Below, one piece after another: positions 55,686-62,521 of a stretch of 62,521 bases of DNA (its first letter is position 1; each line of letters opens with the position of its first letter). Made by a program: the position numbers and the translations under genes. The notes under the pieces are model-generated. The model was not told where the DNA came from, made no database searches, and saw only the letters and a program-made list of their open reading frames with translations. Source of the stretch: Candidatus Aquivivens invisus (lineage in GTDB: Bacteria; Omnitrophota; Gorgyraeia; Aquiviventales; Aquiviventaceae); NCBI GenBank assembly GCA_001804415.1, contig MHGA01000027.1, positions 1 to 62,521 of the forward strand, in the 5' to 3' direction.

Positions 55686-56165
55686 TTATGCGACGACCTC
55701 CTCAACGTGAAGATGGGGGTGCTTGGGGGCGCGCTTCGGATCGATGCGCTGGCACGTCGCGCACAGGCCGTAGAGCTTATGCGTGTGGGACAGCAACTGG
55801 TAGCCGTACCGCTTGACGACCTCTTCTTGCAGGCGCTCCCACCGGGGCTCCTGGAACTCGATGATTTCCCCGCACTGTACGCACATCAGATGATCGTGGT
55901 GCGCCTTGCCGAACGTCACCTCGTAATTCGGCGGCCCGTAACGGAAGTCGTGCTTCTCCACCACGCCGGCCTGATGCATTAGCGCCAGCGTCCGGTAGAC
56001 CGTGCCGCGCGCCACCGACCGATCAATCGATTGCACGTCTTTGACCAGCTCCTCCGCGGTGAAATGGAGGTAGGAGACCGCCCGGCGCACGACTAGCCGC
56101 CGCTGATCGGTGAGGCGCACCCCACGCTCCCTCAACTGTTGTTCGACCTGGACAAATCGCTTCAT
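55686..56165 (-). CDS. fur: Fur family transcriptional regulator
   Basis: RLTDQR, HFTAEEL, TVYRTL, HHDHLMCVQCG, LYGLCATC. Confidence 0.93.
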   Translation of the reverse strand: MKRFVQVEQQLRERGVRLTDQRRLVVRRAVSYLHFTAEELVKDVQSIDRSVARGTVYRTLALMHQAGVVEKHDFRYGPPNYEVTFGKAHHDHLMCVQCGEIIEFQEPRWERLQEEVVKRYGYQLLSHTHKLYGLCATCQRIDPKRAPKHPHLHVEEVVA

Positions 56166-56182
56166 GGGTCGTTTAAACTTAC

Positions 56183-56260
56183 TTGAGACTCAGTCTCAAA
56201 TAGATTAAAACTATAAGTCTCTGCAGCTTGGTTGTCAAGAAGTATTTTGCGTGCTATCAT
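56183..56260. promoter_or_regulatory. Divergent promoters with a 7-1-7 operator palindrome
   Basis: TGAGACT-C-AGTCTCA within 56183-56199; minus strand TTGACA-17-TATAGT; plus strand TTGTCA-17-TATCAT. Confidence 0.8.
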
Positions 56261-56300
56261 GCACGCGGTGTCAGAGGGTTGAACCCAATAAGGAGAAAGC

Positions 56301-56720
56301 ATGGCGCTCGATACCACGAAGCTCATCAAGCTGATGAATGAAGGGCTGGAAATGGAGTACGCCAGCCAAATTCAATACCTCACGCAAGCTGCGATCACGA
56401 AGGGGCCGTATGCGGAAGGGCTGATCGCCCGCTTCAAGGAAATCGCGGGGGATGAAATGGAGCATGCGGAGATTCTGCGCAACCGCATCGCTGCGCTGGG
56501 GGGCGTACCGACGACCAAGGTGGGGCCGATTCAAATCCACAAAGATTCGCTGCAGGCGGTGAAGATCAACCTAAGGTACGAGCGGGACACCGTCGAGTTC
56601 TACCGCAAGCTCCTCAACCTCATTCCCCACGATGAGGTCATCCTCTATGAGGGGATCGAGCACGTCCTCCAGGACAGCCAGGAGCACGTGGAGGAGCTCG
56701 AGCGCTTAGCCAGCAAATAA
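56301..56720 (+). CDS. Ferritin-like (bacterioferritin/Dps-superfamily) protein
   Basis: EMEYASQIQY, DEMEHAE, YER, SQEHVEEL diiron-type motifs; AAGGAG RBS. Confidence 0.85.
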   Translation: MALDTTKLIKLMNEGLEMEYASQIQYLTQAAITKGPYAEGLIARFKEIAGDEMEHAEILRNRIAALGGVPTTKVGPIQIHKDSLQAVKINLRYERDTVEFYRKLLNLIPHDEVILYEGIEHVLQDSQEHVEELERLASK

Positions 56721-56826
56721 GCACCTAGCACACAGCACACAGAAAAATAAAAACGCCGGGAGGATTCCCGGCGTTTCTACTGTACACACTCTGTGTGCTG
56801 TCTGCTGAGTGCTGTGTGCTGCTGTT
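56719..56826. repeat. Heptamer palindrome (CACAGCA family) enclosing a terminator
   Basis: CACAGCA arms versus TGTGCTG arms. Confidence 0.75.
56751..56776. terminator. Bidirectional intrinsic terminator
   Basis: AAACGCCGGG-AGGATT-CCCGGCGTTT between convergent genes. Confidence 0.85.
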
Positions 56827-56828
56827 CG

Positions 56829-57053
56829 TTATTCTTCGACGGCTTCCACGGCTTTGACCTCGGGTACCTCGGCCTGAATGGCCCGTTCGATGCCCGCCTT
56901 GAGCGTCATCATCGAGGAGGGGCAGCCGTGGCAGGAGCCGACCAGCCGCAGTTTGACAACGCCGTCGGTCACATCGACCAGCTCGATATCCCCACCGTCC
57001 ATCTGCACCGCCGGCCGAATCCGATTGATGACTCGCTCGACTCGATCACGCAT
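56829..57053 (-). CDS. NifU-C/NfuA Fe-S carrier
   Basis: IRPAVQMDGGDIELV, GSCHGCPSS. Confidence 0.92.
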   Translation of the reverse strand: MRDRVERVINRIRPAVQMDGGDIELVDVTDGVVKLRLVGSCHGCPSSMMTLKAGIERAIQAEVPEVKAVEAVEE

Positions 57054-57129
57054 GGAAACCTCCCGTGCTTCAACGCGCACCAACGACTCCAACTCTACGG
57101 TACCACACCCGATGGATGAGGGCAACGGC

Positions 57130-58020
57130 TTATCGACTCGAGGGGGTAGGACGGCGGAGCGCTTGGGCGACGCTGCGCCCGATGGCGGCGGGGCTGTCGA
57201 TGACGGTCACACCGGAGGCTCGCAGGACCTCGATCTTCTCCGCGGCGGTTCCCTTCCCTCCGGCGACGATCGCGCCCGCATGCCCCATGCGCTTTTCTTT
57301 CGGCGCCATGCGGCCCGCCACAAAGGCGAAGACCGGTTTAGTGAGGTGGCCGCGGATGTAGGCGGTCGCTTCCTCTTCCTCGGTGCCCCCGATCTCCCCG
57401 ATCAACACCACCGCCTCCGTCCCCTGATCCGCTTGAAAGAGCGCCAGGAGATCCGCGAAGCTTGATCCGAGCACAGGGTCGCCCCCAATCCCGATGCAAG
57501 TGGATTGGCCGAGCCCCGCCTGCGTGAGCTGATAGACCGCATCGTAGGTGAGCGTCCCGCTGCGCGACAGGACCCCGATCGTCCCGGGCTTGTGGATATA
57601 GCCCGGCATAATCCCGACTTTACACTGCCCCGGCGTGATGAGACCGGGACAGTTGGGGCCGATCAAGCGGATGGACGTCCCCTTCAGGCGCTGGCGGACC
57701 TTGAGCATATCCAGCGTCGGCACGCCTTCGGTGATGACGACGATCAAGGGAATCCGTGTCTCAATGGCTTCCTGGATCGCTTCAAAGGTGTATTTCGCCG
57801 GCACGAAGATTGCGGTGGCGTTCGCCGCCGTCGCCTCCACCGCCGCTCTGACGGTGTTGAAGACCGGCACGCCGTGGATCGCGGTGCCGCCCTTGCCGGG
57901 CGTGACGCCTCCCACAACCGGCGTCTTGTATTCGAGCATCCGCTCGGTGTGGAAGGCCCCGGCCTGGCCGGTGATGCCCTGGACTAACACGCGCGTGTCC
58001 TTCCCAACCAGAATGCTCAT
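57130..58020 (-). CDS. sucD: Succinyl-CoA synthetase alpha subunit
   Basis: [37 protein letters not shown]. Confidence 0.96.
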   Translation of the reverse strand: MSILVGKDTRVLVQGITGQAGAFHTERMLEYKTPVVGGVTPGKGGTAIHGVPVFNTVRAAVEATAANATAIFVPAKYTFEAIQEAIETRIPLIVVITEGVPTLDMLKVRQRLKGTSIRLIGPNCPGLITPGQCKVGIMPGYIHKPGTIGVLSRSGTLTYDAVYQLTQAGLGQSTCIGIGGDPVLGSSFADLLALFQADQGTEAVVLIGEIGGTEEEEATAYIRGHLTKPVFAFVAGRMAPKEKRMGHAGAIVAGGKGTAAEKIEVLRASGVTVIDSPAAIGRSVAQALRRPTPSSR

Positions 58021-58043
58021 TACTCGCGCCACTCACCCAGGCG

Positions 58044-58114
58044 GTGACAGGCGACAAGCGATAGGTGACAAGTCAATCCAAAACGGTTCTTTTTGTCGCA
58101 TGTCACTTGTCACC
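58044..58114. repeat. Heptamer palindrome (GTGACAA/TTGTCAC family)
   Basis: GTGACAG GCGACAA GCGATAG GTGACAA versus TTGTCGC ATGTCAC TTGTCAC. Confidence 0.75.
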
Positions 58115-59285
58115 GACGTGCAAGCTCCACCGCCCGTTGTGCGGCGGCTTCAAGCTCGTCAACGCTGATCAGGTTCAGATGCCTGGCTTCCGTCAACAGA
58201 CGCCGCCCCTCCTCGACATTGGTTCCTTGGAGTCGCACGACAATCGGCACGCGGACGTTCAGCGTCCGCGTGGCGTTCAACAGTCCCTGCGCCACCCAGT
58301 CGCACCGCATGATGCCGCCGAAGATGTTGACCAGGATCGCCTTCACGCGAGCATCCTCGAGGATGATGGAGAAGGCGTTGGTGACCTGCTCAACGTTCGC
58401 CCCGCCCCCCACATCCAGGAAGTTGGCCGGCTCGCCACCGCAGAGTTTGATGATGTCGTTGGTCGCCATCGCCAGGCCTGCCCCGTTGACGAGGCAGCCG
58501 ATGGTGCCCTCGAGTCCGACGTAGGCGATGCCGATCTGACCGGCCTTCCACTCAATCGGATGCTCTTGCGTGGAATCCCGCATCGCTGCAAGATCCGGAT
58601 GGCGGAAGAGCGCGTTGTCATCGATGATGACCTTCGCATCCAAGGCCAGGAGGCGTCCATCGGTCGACCGAGCCGTCACCACGAGAGGGTTGATTTCAAT
58701 CAGCGAGGCATCGTGAGACACGAACAGTTCCCACAACGACTTGACGACGCCGCGCGCCGTCTCCGCCAGGTCGGCGGGCACCCCGAGGGCCTCCACGAGA
58801 CCCGAGACCTGCGCAGGCTGCAGGCCGGTCGCCAGGTCGATGGGCTCCCGCGCAATAGCACCCGGCTCTGATGCCGCCACTTCCTCGATATCCATGCCTC
58901 CCTTAGCGCTGGCCAGCAGCAGGGGCCGGGCATGGAACCGATCGATCGTGAGGGCGAGATACCGCTCCGCCGCCATCTCGACGCGCTCGTCAATTAACAC
59001 CGCTGAGACGGGTAGCCCCTGAGGGCCGGTTTGCTTGGTGACCAGCCGCGTGCCCAACAGCCGCTTCGCTTGCTCGGCCGCTTGCACGGCGCTTGCGGCG
59101 ACGAGCACCCCGCCGGCCTTGCCCCGCCCGCCGGCATGCACCTGCGCCTTGACGTTCACGGAGGGTTGACACAGGGCGGTGTACGCGGCCTCCGCTTCCT
59201 CAGGGGTGTTGGCGACTTGCCCTCGTGGAATCGGAATACCCACCGAGGCGAAGAGCTGCTTGGCTTGATATTCGTGGAGTTTCAC
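58110..59285 (-). CDS. sucC: Succinyl-CoA synthetase beta subunit
   Basis: KLHEYQAK, KAQVHAGGRGKAGG, EINPL, NGAGLAMAT, NFLDVGG, NIFGGI. Confidence 0.96.
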   Translation of the reverse strand: MKLHEYQAKQLFASVGIPIPRGQVANTPEEAEAAYTALCQPSVNVKAQVHAGGRGKAGGVLVAASAVQAAEQAKRLLGTRLVTKQTGPQGLPVSAVLIDERVEMAAERYLALTIDRFHARPLLLASAKGGMDIEEVAASEPGAIAREPIDLATGLQPAQVSGLVEALGVPADLAETARGVVKSLWELFVSHDASLIEINPLVVTARSTDGRLLALDAKVIIDDNALFRHPDLAAMRDSTQEHPIEWKAGQIGIAYVGLEGTIGCLVNGAGLAMATNDIIKLCGGEPANFLDVGGGANVEQVTNAFSIILEDARVKAILVNIFGGIMRCDWVAQGLLNATRTLNVRVPIVVRLQGTNVEEGRRLLTEARHLNLISVDELEAAAQRAVELARR

Positions 59286-59288
59286 GTG

Positions 59289-60440
59289 TCAGGCCGAACG
59301 CTGGTCAATAGGAGCAAACTTCAAATCGCGGGGGCCGACGTAGAGGGCGAGGGGACGAATCAGCCGGTTATCGGCGAGCTGCTCGATGATATGGGCGCAC
59401 CACCCCGCCATCCGGGCGCAGGCAAACAGGGTCGTAAACAGCTCCGCCGGAATGCGCAGGTAATAGAGCAGCGACGCGGAGTAGAAGTCGACGTTGATGT
59501 TGAGCTTCTTCGCCTGCCACACGGCCTCTTTCAGTCGCTCCGAGATGTCAAACCATCTCGTCTCGCCGTTCAACTGCGCCAGATGCTGGGAGACCTTCCG
59601 GAGGTGCTTCGCCCGCGGATCTTCCCCTTTGTAGACGCGGTGGCCGAAGCCCATAAAGCGCTTGTGGTCCTGCAAGGTCTTCTGGACATACGCCTCCACG
59701 CGATCCGGCGAGCCGATCTCCACCAGCATCTCCATCGCCTTCGTGTTCGCGGCGCCATGCAGCGGCCCCTTGAGGGTGCCAATCGCCGCCGTGATGCCTG
59801 AGTAGAGATCGCTCTGCGTCGCCACGGTCGTGCGGGCGGCGAAGGTGGAGGCGTTTAAGCCGTGCTCGGCCAGCAGCACGAAGTACGCATCCATCGCCTC
59901 CGCCGCGTCCTGGGACGGCACGTCTCCGGTCAACATATAGAGGAAGTTCGCGGCAAGCCCCAAATCAGGGCGCGGCCCGAGCATCGGCTGTTTCTTGCGC
60001 AGCCGTTCAAACGTGGCGATGATCGTCGGGGTCTTGGCCACGAGGCTGATCGACTGGGCTTTCAGGCGCTCCGGGTCCAGGCGCTCCGCTGAAGCGTCCC
60101 CCAAGCCGATCAATGAGATGACGGTGCGCAGGTACGCCATCGGCTCGCCGTAAGGCAACATCTGCATGGCCTGGAGGACCTCGGCTGGAAGGGCCCGCTG
60201 ACTGGCGAGTTGTTGAGTCCACCCACGCAATTCCTCGCGAGCGGGCAAGTGGCCGTTGAGCAGCAAGAACGCGACTTCCTCGTAGCTCGCCTTACCCACG
60301 AGCTCATCGATGGAATAGCCGACATAGATGAGCCGGCACCCCACGCCATCCACGTCGGAGAGGCGAGTCTCCGAGGCTACCACCCCCTCAAGACCCTTTT
60401 GGATTGGCGGCGATGCGGGAGAGGACGGCGTCGGGCTCAT
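59289..60440 (-). CDS. gltA: Citrate synthase
   Basis: KGLEGVV, EHGLNASTF, GPLHGAAN, GFGHRVY, NVDFYS. Confidence 0.92.
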   Translation of the reverse strand: MSPTPSSPASPPIQKGLEGVVASETRLSDVDGVGCRLIYVGYSIDELVGKASYEEVAFLLLNGHLPAREELRGWTQQLASQRALPAEVLQAMQMLPYGEPMAYLRTVISLIGLGDASAERLDPERLKAQSISLVAKTPTIIATFERLRKKQPMLGPRPDLGLAANFLYMLTGDVPSQDAAEAMDAYFVLLAEHGLNASTFAARTTVATQSDLYSGITAAIGTLKGPLHGAANTKAMEMLVEIGSPDRVEAYVQKTLQDHKRFMGFGHRVYKGEDPRAKHLRKVSQHLAQLNGETRWFDISERLKEAVWQAKKLNINVDFYSASLLYYLRIPAELFTTLFACARMAGWCAHIIEQLADNRLIRPLALYVGPRDLKFAPIDQRSA

Positions 60441-61378
60441 CGGGGTTTGAGCGTCAAGAGCTGCTTGACTTGGGCGCGAACCTGGTCGGCGGCGCGGTGC
60501 AGGGCCTCGCGGGCCTGCGGGGACAGCGGCTGCTCGACGACCCGAGCGATCCCCTCGGTGCCAACCTCCACCGGCACGCCGATACACACGTCTCGCAATC
60601 CGTATTCACCCTCCAGCAGGACACACGCCGACAACACCCGTCGTGTGCCACCCAGCACGGCGCTGATCATGTGGACCACCCCGCTGGCCGGGGCATAGTA
60701 GGCGCTGGACGTTTTCAAGAGTGAAACGATCTCTGCGCCCCCGTCGCGGGCCCGAGCCACCAACTGATCGATCTCCTGCGAGGAAAGCCGCTGGCTGAGC
60801 GGAGCGCCCTGCACCCTGATGGCGTCTGTCAGGCACACCATCAGATCCCCGTGAGACCCCAGGACCACGGCCTGCACCTCGGACGGACTGACGGTGAGAC
60901 GCTGCGAGATGAACGCCCGCAATCGACCCGTATCCAGCATACCCGCCATGCCCATCACACGCTGCCGAGGAAATCCGGTGCGCTGGAGGACGAGCTGGGT
61001 CATCACATCGAGGGGGTTGGTCACGACGATCACGACGGCCTCCGGGGCCACACGGGCAATTTGATCGGCCAGGGGCCCCACGATGTTCGCGTTGGCGGCC
61101 AACAGATCGTCGCGGGACATGCCGGGTTTACGAGCCAGGCCGGCCGTGATCACGACGAGGCGGCTGCCTGCCATCGCTCCCATGTCGGTGGTTCCGGTGA
61201 CGGAGACGGCTAGTTCTTCGATCGCCGCCGCCTGCAGCAGATCCAAGGCTTTGCCGGCGGCCAGCCCCTCGACCACATCAATCAACACCACATCCGCCAG
61301 GCCCTTCAAGACTAGCAGGTGAGCCGTGGTGGCGCCGACTTGCCCGGCTCCAAGGATCGTCACTTTCGGTAAGCTCAT
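60437..61378 (-). CDS. mdh: Malate dehydrogenase (LDH-like)
   Basis: GAGQVGA, ARKPGMSRDDL, VTNPLD, GMLDTGR, GSHGD, SAYYAPA. Confidence 0.95.
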   Translation of the reverse strand: MSLPKVTILGAGQVGATTAHLLVLKGLADVVLIDVVEGLAAGKALDLLQAAAIEELAVSVTGTTDMGAMAGSRLVVITAGLARKPGMSRDDLLAANANIVGPLADQIARVAPEAVVIVVTNPLDVMTQLVLQRTGFPRQRVMGMAGMLDTGRLRAFISQRLTVSPSEVQAVVLGSHGDLMVCLTDAIRVQGAPLSQRLSSQEIDQLVARARDGGAEIVSLLKTSSAYYAPASGVVHMISAVLGGTRRVLSACVLLEGEYGLRDVCIGVPVEVGTEGIARVVEQPLSPQAREALHRAADQVRAQVKQLLTLKPR

Positions 61379-61440
61379 CGTCAGGAGGGTCTCGAAGCCT
61401 CAGTGTAGCAAAAGCTCGCGGCCGTCGTCAAACACTCAGA

Positions 61441-61603
61441 CGCGGTGGTAGTGGTCAAGTTTGGCGGGTGACGCGGAGCCAGGGCTCCCGCCGCCCGCGC
61501 GCAAGCGCCGAGCGGCGGTGTCCGCGAAGCGGCCGCCCCGGCGCGAGCACGGACGGCGGGATGGCGCAGCGGCAGGCCCTGCAAAACTTGACCACCACCC
61601 GCG
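61441..61603. mobile_element. Candidate MITE-like element
   Basis: Inverted ends GTGGTCAAGTTT / AAACTTGACCAC around a GC-rich hairpin-rich interior; no transposase. Confidence 0.45.
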
Positions 61604-62521
61604 TTATACGGCCTCGATCGCCACACGGCGCAGGAGCCGAACGGCGTCGGCTCGACGGAACAGCGACGTCCCGGCTGTCAATGCGCACGCGGCCCCGCAC
61701 GCCACCCCCCACCGCAGGGCCTCAGGCCATGATCGGCTGCGCAGCCACTCGACGAGAAATCCCGCGACGAGCGAATCCCCGGACCCCACAGGCGAGTCGG
61801 TTTTGACCCGCGGGGAGGCGGCGAAGAGCGCAGTCTCCGGAGCGGCGCTGGCCAAGACCGCCCCCTCCGCTCCCATCGAGATGATCACGCACCGAGGCCC
61901 TCGACGAGCCAATGCGCGCGCCGCCGCCACGACCTCGCGCCGGGTCCGCAGGGTCGCACCCAGCAATTCTTCGGCTTCGTGACGGTTGGGTTTGATGAGC
62001 CACGGCCGGGCCGAGAGCCCGTGCCGCAACGAGGTACCGGAGGCGTCAAGCACCGTGACGACCCGGTCCTTCCTGATGAGGCGCAGCAAGCGCGCGTAGG
62101 TCGTCGGTGGCGCGCCGGGAGGCAGGCTGCCCGAGAAGACGACCCCTCGGCTCCCTGCGCCAAGACGCTGCACCAGCCGCTCCAGCCGTTGAAGGTCCCG
62201 CCGAGCCACCTGCGGACCCGGCGAGTTGATCTGCGTGATCGCGCGCGGGGCCGACGATTGAACGGAATAGTTATTGCGGGTGGTGCCTCGGATCGTCACA
62301 AATCGGCAGGCAATCCCTTGCTCAACGAGCAGCTTACCCAAGAGTTGCCCGTCGCTGCCCCCGGCCAACGCGACCGCCGTCGTCTGCACCCGCAATTGGT
62401 GCAGTCCGCGAGCGACGTTGATCCCCTTGCCTCCCGGGTACCGCTCAAACCGCACGGCCCGATTGAGGCTGCCCATCTCAAGGCGAGGGACCCACACCCA
62501 CTCGTCCAGCGACGGATTCAG
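61604..62521 (-). CDS. PfkB family 1-phosphofructokinase-like kinase (5' truncated by window)
   Basis: LNPSLD, PGGKGINVA, SGSLPPG, LIKPNRHE, VGSGDS. Confidence 0.92.
   Translation of the reverse strand: MNPSLDEWVWVPRLEMGSLNRAVRFERYPGGKGINVARGLHQLRVQTTAVALAGGSDGQLLGKLLVEQGIACRFVTIRGTTRNNYSVQSSAPRAITQINSPGPQVARRDLQRLERLVQRLGAGSRGVVFSGSLPPGAPPTTYARLLRLIRKDRVVTVLDASGTSLRHGLSARPWLIKPNRHEAEELLGATLRTRREVVAAARALARRGPRCVIISMGAEGAVLASAAPETALFAASPRVKTDSPVGSGDSLVAGFLVEWLRSRSWPEALRWGVACGAACALTAGTSLFRRADAVRLLRRVAIEAV

Overview
A 62.5 kb chromosomal segment from a high-GC diderm bacterium (lpxB, msbA and a TonB system are present; an Omnitrophota/PVC-like uncultured lineage is my guess, not shown). It is mostly housekeeping genes: purC/purE/accC/tsaC, hflKC, a metal/arsenic cluster, recR-dnaX, serS with all four tRNA-Ser isoacceptors, archease-rtcB, frr-pyrH-tsf-rpsB, msbA/lpxB, a nitrogen-assimilation island, a Fur-TonB uptake operon and TCA genes. 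I see no CRISPR array, transposase, integrase or rRNA. Best leads: (1) a tRNA-deaminase TadA whose catalytic HAE motif reads HAA, directly downstream of a tRNA-Arg with the rare bacterial anticodon GCG, which needs no A34-to-I editing; (2) a nitrogen island with an orphan GlnR-like regulator, two near-identical 11-bp-periodic GTTAC-n6-TTAAC boxes, a stand-alone winged-helix paralog and a PII protein with a deleted T-loop; (3) a c-di-GMP-I riboswitch split by two tandem 37-bp palindromes, upstream of two secreted proteins; (4) an orphan archaeal-style pilus ATPase inside the tRNA cluster; (5) a stand-alone Gre-like coiled coil lacking its acidic tip; (6) dispersed palindromes built from 7-bp units, some encoding signal peptides. 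All assignments come from motif recognition by eye; no database searches were run.
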